Source of the DNA: an uncultured Solirubrobacteraceae bacterium
GTDB taxonomy: Bacteria > Actinomycetota > Thermoleophilia > Solirubrobacterales > Solirubrobacteraceae
Reading direction: 5' to 3'
DNA: 64,000 nt
Assembly: GCA_902806175.1 (NCBI GenBank)
Contig: CADCVQ010000148.1
Span: 47,200 to 111,199 of the forward strand
The notes below the pieces were generated by a model that was not told the DNA's origin, ran no database searches, and saw nothing but the letters and a program-made list of their open reading frames with translations. Every line of letters begins with the position of its first letter. Positions within the stretch are counted from its first letter, which is position 1. This document shows, piece by piece, positions 43,579 to 53,057 of the stretch. The position numbers and the translations under genes were made by a program.

Positions 43579-45057
43579 TCAGCCCGCCAGCTCCCGCACC
43601 GCCGACAGCACGTCGGACGCCGCTACGCGCCGGCCGTGGCGCACATCGCCGGGCGCCTCGACGAGGACGAACGGCACGCTGTCGCCGACGCGCTTCTTGT
43701 CCAGCCGCGTCGCCGCGACGACGTCCTGCGGATCGGCGCCCTCGAGCGTCGTCGGCAGCCCGGCCGCCGCCAGCAGGTCTGCGACCTGCGCGCGCAGGTC
43801 ATCGGTCCCGCCGAGCCGCAGCGCCGCGAGCAGGCCAAGCGCGACGGCCTCGCCGTGGCGGTAGCGGCGATAGCCGGTCACCGTCTCGATCGCGTGGCCG
43901 ACGGTGTGGCCGAGGTTCAGCAGCTGGCGCACGCCACCGTCGCGCTCGTCGGCGGCGACGACCGCGATCTTCGTGCGCGCGCAGTCCAGCACGACGCGCT
44001 CGTCCGCGGTTGCGCCGGCCGCGACGCGCTCCCACAGCGAGCCGCCCGCGATCAACGCGGTCTTGACGACCTCGGCGTATCCGGCCGCGACCTCCGCCTC
44101 CGGCAGCGTGGTGAGCGTGTCGACGTCGGTGATGACGGCGGCCGGCTGGTGGTAGGCGCCGACGTAGTTCTTCGCCTCCGGCAGGTCGACGCCGGTCTTG
44201 CCGCCGTAGGCCGCGTCGACCTGCGCGACGACGCTCGTCGGGACCTGCACGACCGGCACGCCGCGCTGGTAGGTGGCCGCGCAGAAGCCGGCGAGGTCGC
44301 CGACGACGCCGCCGCCGAGCGCGACGAGGTGGTCGTCGCGCCCCATCCCCTGGGCGGCGAGCTCGCGCCAGACCGTCTCGGCGACGGCGAGCGTCTTGTG
44401 CTCCTCCCCGGCGGGGATCGTGATCGTGCGATGCGTGTCGCGCAGCGCGCCGGCGTGGAGGGCGCCGACGTTCTCGTCGGTCACGACGAACGCCCGTCGC
44501 CCGGGCCGCGGCAGGCCGCCGATCAGCCCGCGCCCGACGAAGACCGGGTACTCGCGGCCGCCCGCGACGGCCCAGACGAGCTTCGTGCCCGCGGGCGCCT
44601 GCGCGAGCGCCTCGAGCGCGGGCAGGGCGCGGCGCACGAGGCGGTCGCCCTCGGGCACGAACGCGTCGGCGATCGACTCGTAGACCGGCCGGCGCTCGGC
44701 ATGCAGCGCCTCGAAGGCGGCGCGGTCGCCGGCCAGCGGCCGGTCGTCACCGGCCGCGCGCGCCCAGGCGGTCTCGTCGGAGACGTCCATCCACACGACG
44801 GTGTGCTCGCGCAGCGCCGTCCGAATCGTCGGCGACAGCACGCTGCCGCCGCCGAGCGCGATCGCGGGCGCGCCGGAGCGCAGCGCCCGCAGCACGACGG
44901 GCTCCTCGCGCCGGCGGAACTTCTGCTCCCCGTAGGCGGCGAAGAACGACGCGATGCTCATCTCGAGCTGCTCTGAGACGAGCTTGTCGGTGTCGAGGAT
45001 GTCGTCGAGCGCCGAGGACTTCCCCGCCCCCATGAACCCTACGAAGACGAGCGCCAT
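43579..45057 (-). CDS. aroKB: Bifunctional shikimate kinase / 3-dehydroquinate synthase
   Basis: One uninterrupted 492-aa frame. The N-terminus has the shikimate kinase P-loop (ALVFVGFMGAGKSS). It continues into AroB (GGGVVGDLAGF, DAAYGGKTGVD, NLGHTVGHAIE). Confidence 0.92.
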   Translation of the reverse strand: MALVFVGFMGAGKSSALDDILDTDKLVSEQLEMSIASFFAAYGEQKFRRREEPVVLRALRSGAPAIALGGGSVLSPTIRTALREHTVVWMDVSDETAWARAAGDDRPLAGDRAAFEALHAERRPVYESIADAFVPEGDRLVRRALPALEALAQAPAGTKLVWAVAGGREYPVFVGRGLIGGLPRPGRRAFVVTDENVGALHAGALRDTHRTITIPAGEEHKTLAVAETVWRELAAQGMGRDDHLVALGGGVVGDLAGFCAATYQRGVPVVQVPTSVVAQVDAAYGGKTGVDLPEAKNYVGAYHQPAAVITDVDTLTTLPEAEVAAGYAEVVKTALIAGGSLWERVAAGATADERVVLDCARTKIAVVAADERDGGVRQLLNLGHTVGHAIETVTGYRRYRHGEAVALGLLAALRLGGTDDLRAQVADLLAAAGLPTTLEGADPQDVVAATRLDKKRVGDSVPFVLVEAPGDVRHGRRVAASDVLSAVRELAG

Positions 45058-45065
45058 GCGGCCCC

Positions 45066-46256
45066 TTATGCGGACGAGGTCGGCCAGCCGATGCGCGCGC
45101 GGTAGGCGTCGACGGCGGCGATCACGTCGTTGAGGTGGTCGCCGCCGAACTTCGCGCGGTAGGCGTCGGCGAGGACGAAGGCGACCATCGCCTCCCCCAC
45201 GACGCCGGCGGCCGGCACCGTGCAGGAGTCGGTGCGCTCGCGCAGCGCCTGGGCGGGTTGCTTTGTCGCGATGTCGACGGAGCGCAGCGGCTTGGTCAGC
45301 GTCGGCAGCGGCTTCATCGCCGCGCGCGCGTACAGCGGGTCGCCGGTCGTCATGCCGCCCTCCAGGCCGCCGGCGTGGTTCGTCTCGCGGTGGTAGCCGC
45401 GCTCCTGCGTCCAGAAGATCTCGTCGTGCGCCTCCGAGCCGGGCTTGCCGGCGAGGTCGAAGCCCTCGCCCAGGCCGACGCCCTTGATCGCCTGGATCGA
45501 GCACAGCGCGCCGGCGATGCGGCCGTCCAGGCGCTCCTCCCAGGAGACGTGCGAGCCCAGGCCCGGCACGAGCCCGAAGGCGATCACCTCGAAGACGCCG
45601 CCGAGCGACTCGTTGGCCTTTCGCTGCACGTTGATGTGCGCGACCATCGCGCGGCTGGCCTCCTTGTCGAGGCAGCGCACCGGGTCCTCGTCGACACCGT
45701 CGAAGTCCGCGGGGGTACGTACATGGCCGGTGGGCCCGTCGGTCCGCTGCGGCGCGAGGACGCTGCCGATCTGGATCACGTGCGAGCGCACCTCGACGCC
45801 GAGCGCGCGCAGGAACGAGCGCGCGACGGCGCCGCCGGCGACGCGCGCGGCCGTCTCGCGCGCGCTCGCGCGCTCGAGCACGTTGCGCACGTCGGTCAGG
45901 TCGTACTTCTGCGTCCCGACGAGGTCGGCGTGGCCGGGACGCGGCAGATGGACCTCGGGCACGTCGGCCTGCACCGGCCACGGGTTCATCCGCTCTTCCC
46001 AGTTGGCGTAGTCGCGGTTGGCGATCTGCAGCGCGATCGGGCCCCCCATCGTCAGCCCGTGGCGCACGCCGCCCGTCACGTCGGCACGGTCGCGCTCGAT
46101 CTTCATGCGCCCCCCACGACCATGGCCCAGTTGCCGCCGGGCCATCTCGCGGTTGAGCGTCTCCTCGTCGAGGGGCAGTCCGGCGGGCAGTCCCTCGACG
46201 ATGCAGGTGAGACCGGGGCCGTGTGACTCCCCGGCGGTGACGAAGCGCAGCGCCAT
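45066..46256 (-). CDS. aroC: Chorismate synthase
   Basis: Start is MALRFVTAGESHGPGL (ATG at 46256). Also RPGHADL and GRSSARETAARV-like motifs. Confidence 0.96.
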   Translation of the reverse strand: MALRFVTAGESHGPGLTCIVEGLPAGLPLDEETLNREMARRQLGHGRGGRMKIERDRADVTGGVRHGLTMGGPIALQIANRDYANWEERMNPWPVQADVPEVHLPRPGHADLVGTQKYDLTDVRNVLERASARETAARVAGGAVARSFLRALGVEVRSHVIQIGSVLAPQRTDGPTGHVRTPADFDGVDEDPVRCLDKEASRAMVAHINVQRKANESLGGVFEVIAFGLVPGLGSHVSWEERLDGRIAGALCSIQAIKGVGLGEGFDLAGKPGSEAHDEIFWTQERGYHRETNHAGGLEGGMTTGDPLYARAAMKPLPTLTKPLRSVDIATKQPAQALRERTDSCTVPAAGVVGEAMVAFVLADAYRAKFGGDHLNDVIAAVDAYRARIGWPTSSA

Positions 46257-46291
46257 GGCGCTGCGCAGTCTATGCAGCGCTAGTGGCCCGT

Positions 46292-47257
46292 CTACCCGGC
46301 GGGCTGGTCGGCGCCGGCCGCGTCGCCGCCCGCCTTCGCGGACTTGACGAGCAGGCCGCTGTCGCGATCGAACTGGATCGGGCCGAGCGCGTCGGCGGTG
46401 GCTTCGTGCTGCCACATCGCGCGCAGGACGTCGCGGCCGTCGGCGTGGACGCGCAGGCGCATCTTGCGCGCGGTCGGCGCGTCGGCCGCGATCGTCCGGA
46501 CCGCGACGACGTCCAGGACGTACCGGCGCGCCTCACCGCCGTCGGCCGGCTGGACGGTGACGATCTGCGTCTGGCCGGCCTTCAGGCCGATGACCCGGCA
46601 GTCCGTGTCGTCCTCGCACTCGGCCTCGCCGTCGGAGGTCGCGTTCGGGCCGAGCAGGAAGACGGCATATGAGCTGCTGGACTTCGTGACGCCGAGGTAG
46701 ATCGCCGCGGGATCGGCGAGGCCGCCGAACGGCGTCAGGCGCGTGATCGGCCGCGACTTGGCGGGCTTGTGCTCATACCAGCGCACTTCGGTGCGGTAGT
46801 AGACGGAGGTGGCGACGTCCCGCACGGGCGGCGTCGTCTGCGCCGGCGCTTCGCGGGCGGGGCTGGCGCCGCCGCCCGAAGAGGGTGCTTGCTCGGCGGC
46901 GCCACCGGCGCTGCCGCCGGTGCCGGCGCTGCCGCCGGCGCTGTCGCCGGCGCCCGAACCGGAACCGGTGTCGGCGGACGGCGGGGCGGGCGGATCGTAG
47001 ATCGGGTCGATCGCACGGCCGGGGCGGCTGTCCTTGTCGTCGGCGGCCTCGTCGACGACGGTCACGAGCGACTTCGAGGCGGGCGCCCCGGCCGCCGGCC
47101 CCGCGAGCGCGACCGGCGACGGTGCCTGCTCGGACGAGCCGCCGATCAGCATCGGGACGGCGACGAGCGCGACGAGCAGCAGGGCCGCGACGGGCCAGAG
47201 CTTCTTGTCGACGAGATCGCGCGCGATCCGCTTCAGGGGGTCGATCAGCGTGTTCAT
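46292..47257 (-). CDS. Membrane-anchored hypothetical protein, last gene of the pilM-N-O string
   Basis: 321 aa. Has an N-terminal helix (LWPVAALLLVALVAVPMLIG), a Gly/Ser/Ala/Pro-rich spacer of about 110 aa, and a C-terminal globular domain of about 170 aa. The ATG overlaps the pilO stop as ATGA. Confidence 0.65.
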   Translation of the reverse strand: MNTLIDPLKRIARDLVDKKLWPVAALLLVALVAVPMLIGGSSEQAPSPVALAGPAAGAPASKSLVTVVDEAADDKDSRPGRAIDPIYDPPAPPSADTGSGSGAGDSAGGSAGTGGSAGGAAEQAPSSGGGASPAREAPAQTTPPVRDVATSVYYRTEVRWYEHKPAKSRPITRLTPFGGLADPAAIYLGVTKSSSSYAVFLLGPNATSDGEAECEDDTDCRVIGLKAGQTQIVTVQPADGGEARRYVLDVVAVRTIAADAPTARKMRLRVHADGRDVLRAMWQHEATADALGPIQFDRDSGLLVKSAKAGGDAAGADQPAG

Positions 47258-48063
47258 CGTCCGGCTCCCTGAGCGTTCGGAGTGACAATTGCGGGGGTGG
47301 TGGTCGATGCACCGGCGCTCGCGCCGGCGGGCCCTTGCGGCGTCGCGCCCGCGGTGGAGCCCTTGGCATCGGGTACGATGTAGGCCGTCGCGCTGACGGT
47401 CGCCTTGAGCTTCGGGAAGCCGTCCGGGCTCGGGGCCAGCGAGAAGCCGTCGATCGTCAGCAGGCGGCCCTTGACCGTGATCTGCTGCCTGTCGTTCTTC
47501 GCCAGGCCGTTGACGGCCTTCATCAGGCGCTGCAGCTTCAGGTAGTTGCCGTCGAACGTCAACGTGAACGGCACGGTCAGCAGACCGGCCGAGCCGACGA
47601 CGGCACCCGGCGGGGGCTGCGCGACGACTGGGGCGGCGACGGGAGCGGCCTTGTCGGCAGCCGCGCCCTGCTTCTTGTCGTCAGCGCCCGCCGCCGCCGT
47701 GTTGGCGGGCGCCGCGGCCGGCTCCGCCGAGGCGGAGCCGGTCAGCTTGACGGCGCGAAAGTCGATCTTGTTGGCCTTCGCGATCGTCTCGAGCTGGTAG
47801 ACGAGCGACGCGACGTCGTCGTCGGCCGGCACGGCCTTGCCGAGGCGGGCGACGGTCTCGTAGTCGCGCACGTAGTTGCGGCGCGCCTGCTCGGCCTGCT
47901 GCGCGGACGCCGTCGCGGCGTCACGGCGGCTCTCGGCCTGGACGATCTGATCGTTCGCGGCGCCGATGTCCGCGCGCTTGGGCGCGAGCAGCAGAAACCA
48001 GAAGCCGGCCATCACCGCGACGATCGCGACGACACCGAGGACGGGGCGAGTCTGAGCGCTCAC
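47254..48063 (-). CDS. pilO: Type IV pilus biogenesis protein PilO-like
   Basis: 269 aa (GTG start overlapping the pilN stop as GTGA). Has an N-terminal helix, a coiled-coil segment and a C-terminal domain. The call rests mainly on position after pilM-pilN. Confidence 0.72.
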   Translation of the reverse strand: MSAQTRPVLGVVAIVAVMAGFWFLLLAPKRADIGAANDQIVQAESRRDAATASAQQAEQARRNYVRDYETVARLGKAVPADDDVASLVYQLETIAKANKIDFRAVKLTGSASAEPAAAPANTAAAGADDKKQGAAADKAAPVAAPVVAQPPPGAVVGSAGLLTVPFTLTFDGNYLKLQRLMKAVNGLAKNDRQQITVKGRLLTIDGFSLAPSPDGFPKLKATVSATAYIVPDAKGSTAGATPQGPAGASAGASTTTPAIVTPNAQGAGR

Positions 48064-48806
48064 TTGGAACCTCCGGCAGCAGCCGTGTTCGGGGCGGCAG
48101 GTGCCGCGGTGTTCGGGGTCGCGGCGCCAGCGCCATCGGCGGCCGGCACGATGCCGTCAAGCGCCTTGTAGAAGAGCGTGACCTGGAACTGCGGCATCTT
48201 CTTCGTCGAGCGGCAGTCGGTCTCGCCTCCGGCGCCCGAGTCGCTCTTCTCGGAGCTTGCGAGCGTGACGCGCTGAACGCCGTCGACCGCCCGCAGGCGG
48301 GCAAGCAGCGTGGCGACGTGGGCCTGGCTCTTGGCGCAGCCGATGAGATCGACGGCGGGGACCGGCAGGGCGGTTCGCAGCGAAGCGCTGCCACCGCCGC
48401 CCTCGACCGGGGACGTCGGCGAGACGGTGCCGACGAGCGAGGTGAGATCGACGTCGGCCGGCACGACACGAGCGACCTCGCGCAGGCTGTGGGCCCAGTC
48501 AAAGCGTCCGTCGAGCAGTCCGCCGACGGTCTCGACGCGAGCTGTGCGAACAGCGGCGAACTCCGTATAGGGCTTCAACGCGTTGGTCTTCGCCTCGGCG
48601 GCCTGCGCCTCGCGCTCCACGCGGGCGAGATCGGACTGGCGGTCAGAAAGCTGCTTGTTCGTGAACGCAAAGGCGCCCGCCATGACGACGGCGACGGCCA
48701 GGACGGCGATCACGACGTACGCGCCGATCGGCCCGGTCGTGGAGAACGCCGTCGTCGCGCCGCCGGCGCGCGGCGTGTCGGCGGGGATGAGGTTGACGGC
48801 CTTCAT
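48060..48806 (-). CDS. pilN: Type IV pilus assembly protein PilN-like (fimbrial assembly)
   Basis: Start is MKAVNLIP (the PilN-type INLLP-like N-terminus), followed by a single helix and a coiled coil. The ATG overlaps the pilM stop as ATGA. Confidence 0.75.
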   Translation of the reverse strand: MKAVNLIPADTPRAGGATTAFSTTGPIGAYVVIAVLAVAVVMAGAFAFTNKQLSDRQSDLARVEREAQAAEAKTNALKPYTEFAAVRTARVETVGGLLDGRFDWAHSLREVARVVPADVDLTSLVGTVSPTSPVEGGGGSASLRTALPVPAVDLIGCAKSQAHVATLLARLRAVDGVQRVTLASSEKSDSGAGGETDCRSTKKMPQFQVTLFYKALDGIVPAADGAGAATPNTAAPAAPNTAAAGGSK

Positions 48807-49885
48807 GAGGTCGGTCCTTCCTGGACGGCCAGCCCGGCGGCCACACTGAGGCAGGCGGCGTCGAGCGCTTCGAGGTTCACGCCCTTGGCAGCGGCCACGA
48901 CGCGCTCCTGTACTTCGAGGCCGAGCTCGGCCTCCAGCGCGCTCGCGAAGCCAGTGACGGCGACGGCGGGACCGGTCAGCACGACGCGGCGAACGCCCGT
49001 GCCGTCCTCGACCTGACCCTGGTGGTAGTCCAGCGAGGCGCGCACCTCCGCGGCGATGCGGCGCGCGCCGCTCGTCAGGATCGAGCGCGCGTCGGCGACG
49101 ATCGCCTCGTCGCCGTCGATGTCCTCGACGGCGGTCTCGAGGCCGACGTGGTGCAGCCACATGCGCGCATGCTCGAGCGTCAGCTCGCGGCGCTCGGCGA
49201 GCTCCACGGCAAGGTTCTCCAGGCCGCTGCCCGCGACGCGGGTGAAGGTGCAGATGCCGCGGTCGGCGACGGCCAGGTTGGTCAGCCCGCCGACGGAGAC
49301 GAACAGCTCGGGTCCGTCGTCGGCGCCCGGGCGCTGCAGCGCGCGGACCATGCCGAAGGCCGACAGGTCGATCCCCGTCGGCTTCAGGCCGGCGGCGCGC
49401 GCTGCGGTCAGCGTGTCGAGGATCATCTCGCGGCGCGCGGCCACCAGCACGATCCGCTGCCGCGGCCCGTCGGGCGTGTCGACGATGCCGATCGACTGGA
49501 AGTCCAAGACCGCGTCGTCGAGCGGCATCGGGATCTCGTCAGCCGCCTGGAAGCGGACCGCGACGGCCAGCTGCTTGGGATCGGAGATCGGAGGAAGGAA
49601 GATCGTGCGGACGACGATGCGCGCGTTGGCGACACCGATCCGCACGCGCTTGTCGAGGTGCTTGTGCTCGCTCCAGAGCGACGCGAGCGCCTCGGCCAGG
49701 GCATCGGAATCGGCGACCTCGCCGTCCCGTACGACGCCCGGCTCGAGCTCGGCGCGCCCACCGTCCTGGATGACGATGGATCCGTTGACGCTCACATGAG
49801 CGGCAGCGATGCGTCCGGGCTCGATGGTGAGTCCGACGAAGGTTGTTGAGCGTGAGCGTCCCATTGACGAGACCGACATCGGCAT
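48803..49885 (-). CDS. pilM: Type IV pilus assembly protein PilM (actin-like ATPase fold)
   Basis: 360 aa. FVGLTIEPGRIAAAHV...IDLSAFGMVRAL...VSVGGLTNLAV matches the PilM/FtsA-like pattern. Confidence 0.87.
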   Translation of the reverse strand: MPMSVSSMGRSRSTTFVGLTIEPGRIAAAHVSVNGSIVIQDGGRAELEPGVVRDGEVADSDALAEALASLWSEHKHLDKRVRIGVANARIVVRTIFLPPISDPKQLAVAVRFQAADEIPMPLDDAVLDFQSIGIVDTPDGPRQRIVLVAARREMILDTLTAARAAGLKPTGIDLSAFGMVRALQRPGADDGPELFVSVGGLTNLAVADRGICTFTRVAGSGLENLAVELAERRELTLEHARMWLHHVGLETAVEDIDGDEAIVADARSILTSGARRIAAEVRASLDYHQGQVEDGTGVRRVVLTGPAVAVTGFASALEAELGLEVQERVVAAAKGVNLEALDAACLSVAAGLAVQEGPTS

Positions 49886-49965
49886 GCCGACGGCAAGCTC
49901 GCAACGCCGCGCCGGAAGATCGCCCGAATGTCCAGAGCGTCCAGCGGATGCTCGACAACGCTTAA

Positions 49966-49999
49966 CCGCGTGAGGCGGGCCGCAGCCCGCCTCACGCGG
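49966..49999 (-). terminator. Strong stem-loop between pilD and pilM
   Basis: CCGCGTGAGGCGGGC-cgca-GCCCGCCTCACGCGG, a perfect 15-bp stem with a 4-nt loop. On the minus strand it is followed by TTAAGCGTTGT. Confidence 0.6.
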
Positions 50000-50023
50000 T
50001 GAGCGCGCCCGGCCCGCGTCTCG

Positions 50024-50779
50024 TCAGAAGGCGGTCAGGTACAGCTGGACGAGCTCCTCGCCGGCGAGCAGGCCGACGAGCCCGCCCAGCGCGAGGAACG
50101 GCCCGAACGGCACGGCCGTCTTGCGTCCCTGGCTCATGCCCTTGCGGACGATGATCGCGATGCCGAACGCCGTGCCCGTCAGGAAGGCGACGAAGAACGC
50201 GGGTGCCACGGCGGCACCGAGGAAGAGCCCGAGGACGCCGATGAGCTTCGCGTCGCCCATGCCCATGCCCCTGGGGTTCAGCAGCGACGGCAGGCCGAGC
50301 ACGGCGGCCGCGGCGGCGCCGGCGATGAGCCGCTCGACCTGGCCGCCCGGATCCAGCGCGGTGCCGAGCACGATCGCCAGCACGGCGGCCGGCAACGTGA
50401 GCCGGTTGGGGATGATCCGGTGGTCGAGGTCGATCAGCGCGATCGGCACGAGAAACGCGACGAGCACGAGGCCCATGACGAGGGCAGCGGTGTCGGCGTG
50501 ATGTACCGCGACGACCGCCGCGAACAGCGCGGCCGTCGCCGCCTCGACGATCGGGTAGCGCGCGCTGATCGGCGCCGCGCAGCTGCGACAGCGTCCGCGC
50601 AGGATCAGCCACGACAGCACCGGGATGTTGTCGTACGGCTTGATCGGCGTCTCGCACGACGGACAGTGCGAGGCCGGCATCGCCAGCGACTTGCGGCCCG
50701 GCATGCGATGGGCGACGACGTTCAGGAAGGACCCGACGATGAGTCCGAACGTTGCAGCGAAGGGCAGGGCGACGGGCAT
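50024..50779 (-). CDS. pilD: Prepilin peptidase (A24 family)
   Basis: Start is MPVALPFAATFGLIVGSFLNVV. Has a Zn-ribbon (CPSCETPI...CRSCAAPI) and the catalytic Asp regions LIDLDHRIIP and GMGDAKL. Confidence 0.92.
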   Translation of the reverse strand: MPVALPFAATFGLIVGSFLNVVAHRMPGRKSLAMPASHCPSCETPIKPYDNIPVLSWLILRGRCRSCAAPISARYPIVEAATAALFAAVVAVHHADTAALVMGLVLVAFLVPIALIDLDHRIIPNRLTLPAAVLAIVLGTALDPGGQVERLIAGAAAAAVLGLPSLLNPRGMGMGDAKLIGVLGLFLGAAVAPAFFVAFLTGTAFGIAIIVRKGMSQGRKTAVPFGPFLALGGLVGLLAGEELVQLYLTAF

Positions 50780-50880
50780 GGACACGTTCCTCAGTCTCGT
50801 TGACGGCGCAAGCGGTGCGTTGCTTCGCCTATCGGCCGCTTCGGCGGCCGGCTTGACACGTGCCGACGAGCCCGGACCGA

Positions 50881-52113
50881 TCAGGATCCGGCCGGCAGTT
50901 CGCGCCACGTGTTCTGCACGAGGCCCGCGACGCCGGTGACCGAGAAGTTCAGGTTGTTCGGGGAGTAGGTCAGGCGCGCGTTGCCGTTGATGTAGGTGCC
51001 GCACTTGCCCTCGATGATGACCCCGCCATAGATGTTGTTCGTGCCGTTGATCTGGATGCAGTTCTCGGTCCCCGCGACGCTCGCGTCACGTTCGGCGAGG
51101 TTGAGGTGCATGAGCATGCCGTAGAACTGCGCGGTGCCCCTGAGCTCGAGCGTGCCGCGCTTCATGATCACGATTCCGGGCGAGGCCGCCGTGTTGATCG
51201 CGCCGTTGCCCTCATAGGTGCACCTCGTGACATCGGGCACGTCGATGACGACGATCCCCGCCAATTGCGTCAGGGACGGGCAGCTCGTGTACGTCGTCGC
51301 GCTGTCGAGCAGCTGCTGCAGCGTGCTGTCGGGAACGCGGTTGCCGAGGCTCGCGTTGTACTGCACGCTGTCGGGCACGATCTGCGCCGGCTTGTGGTTC
51401 GTGGCCGGCTCGTAGTCGGCGCAGGGATCGCCGTAGCCCGGGCAGCGCAGCACCGGCGCGGACGTCGTGTCGGTCGAGATCACGCCGGGCTGACCGCCCT
51501 GGCCGATCTCCAGCGCGCCCGAGACGAGCACCCCCTTGGGCAGGAAGATCGGGATCGGGTCGCGCTTGAGCAGCGCGACGATCGTCCGCGTCCTGCTCTG
51601 CACGGTCGCGGTCGACTTCACCCACATGAACCCGTCCTGATTGGCGTCGTAGCGCGGCACGGTGTCGGCGTCGATCGCGGCGGTGTAGATCTGGTTGTTG
51701 ACCGCCGAGTTGTCGCGCACCTTCGTCGTCCACACGACGCCGCTCTCGTAGTCGATCTCGTCGAAGGCGTTGTTGGCGCCCGCCCCGGCGAGCGACGACG
51801 GCGTCGGGCAGCGGCTGTTGGCGGGATTGCCGGGGTTGGAGGCCGGGGTGCACGAGGCCGGCAGCGCGTGGATGGCCAATTTCGGCCAGCCCCTGCCGCC
51901 GAGCAGGAAGCTCTGCTGCTGCAGCGCGCCCTCGGCGAGGTTGAAGGACGACTCGCGGTGGCGCTCGATGCCCGACTGGCGCGTCTGCTGGTCGGTCAGC
52001 GCCAGCGACGCCAGCCCGAGCATGAGCATCAGGCCCATGGCCGTCATCGCGATCACGAGGGCGGAGCCGCGCTCGTCGCGGATGCGGTGACGGATGGTTG
52101 GAGCGTTGATCAT
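50881..52113 (-). CDS. PilX-N-domain minor pilin-like protein (410 aa)
   Basis: ERGSALVIAMTAMGLMLMLGLASL is a PilX N-terminal-type hydrophobic segment. It is followed by a large Cys-containing, beta-helix-like C-terminal region. ATGA overlap with the upstream gene. Confidence 0.7.
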   Translation of the reverse strand: MINAPTIRHRIRDERGSALVIAMTAMGLMLMLGLASLALTDQQTRQSGIERHRESSFNLAEGALQQQSFLLGGRGWPKLAIHALPASCTPASNPGNPANSRCPTPSSLAGAGANNAFDEIDYESGVVWTTKVRDNSAVNNQIYTAAIDADTVPRYDANQDGFMWVKSTATVQSRTRTIVALLKRDPIPIFLPKGVLVSGALEIGQGGQPGVISTDTTSAPVLRCPGYGDPCADYEPATNHKPAQIVPDSVQYNASLGNRVPDSTLQQLLDSATTYTSCPSLTQLAGIVVIDVPDVTRCTYEGNGAINTAASPGIVIMKRGTLELRGTAQFYGMLMHLNLAERDASVAGTENCIQINGTNNIYGGVIIEGKCGTYINGNARLTYSPNNLNFSVTGVAGLVQNTWRELPAGS

Positions 52114-53057
52114 GGGAAGCTCACCGACTTGGAGAGGGTTGCCTGCAGGTCGCCGGGGTCGATCGCGCAGAGCGTCACCGACTGCGGCGAGCTCGTCCCG
52201 GTCGGAAAGAGCGCCTCGAGCACGATCCCGGAGCCGAGGTAGCTCGCCGGCTCCGGCGTCGGCGGCTTGCAGCCGGTCGGGATCGCCGGCGCCGCGCCGT
52301 AGTACCAGTAGTAGTTCAGCCGGCGCCCCTCGAAGTCCGTCGTCGCGGATGCGTTCAGGACGACGCGAAAGCCGGCCGCGGTCGTGCCGCCCGGAGTCGA
52401 CGTGAAGCTCGGCACCGGCGCCTGATTCTGGTTGCGCAGGAAGACTCCGCTCGTCAGGCGCTGCTCCGCGGGTCTGGCGCCCGGGTTCGGGTCGACCCAC
52501 AGATCGCTGCGGATCCGCGTGATGGCCGATGTGTCGCTCGTGTCCGGGGCGCCGCCCGCCGCCTGCGGCCAGTTGTACGTGAAGACCGGACGGCTCAGGC
52601 TGTCGCGCGTGTTGACGACGGCGGCGCCGACGGGGGTCGCGTTCCAGGCGCCCCCGACGGCACACGTCGTCGTCGTCGGCGGCACGGCGCCGTTGAAGAC
52701 GCCGTACCACAGGCGCGCCGTGCCACCGGCGGACTGCGCGCTCGCGGGGTTGATGCAGTAGCGCACCCAGCGCTTGGTCGGGTCGGCCGTCTGGAAGACG
52801 AGGTCGTAGTCGCCCGCGCGGTAGATCGACTTCGTGAGCGCCTGCGGCGTGGCGAGGTTGCGCAACTGGCGCTGCAGGTGGTCCATCCCGCGGCGCAGGA
52901 CCTCCTGCGCGTCAGAGCGCTTCTGGTCGAGGCTCTGTCTTGAGCGGAAGGCATCCAGCGAGGACAGCGTCGCGCCCATGATGATCAGCATGATCGTCAT
53001 GGCGATCAGGATCTCGGGCAGCGAGAAGCCGTCCTCGTTGCTCAGGCGGGGCGTCAT
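52110..53057 (-). CDS. Prepilin-type N-terminal cleavage/methylation domain protein (PilW-like minor pilin)
   Basis: MTPRLSNEDG|FSLPEILIAMTIMLIIMGATL is a class III signal. ATGA overlaps on both sides. Confidence 0.72.
   Translation of the reverse strand: MTPRLSNEDGFSLPEILIAMTIMLIIMGATLSSLDAFRSRQSLDQKRSDAQEVLRRGMDHLQRQLRNLATPQALTKSIYRAGDYDLVFQTADPTKRWVRYCINPASAQSAGGTARLWYGVFNGAVPPTTTTCAVGGAWNATPVGAAVVNTRDSLSRPVFTYNWPQAAGGAPDTSDTSAITRIRSDLWVDPNPGARPAEQRLTSGVFLRNQNQAPVPSFTSTPGGTTAAGFRVVLNASATTDFEGRRLNYYWYYGAAPAIPTGCKPPTPEPASYLGSGIVLEALFPTGTSSPQSVTLCAIDPGDLQATLSKSVSFP

Noticed and set aside
50833-50850. Short hairpin CGGCCGC-ttcg-GCGGCCG between the PilX-like gene and pilD, as a terminator
   Set aside because: It has only a 7-bp stem and no U-tract. 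It is too weak to call.
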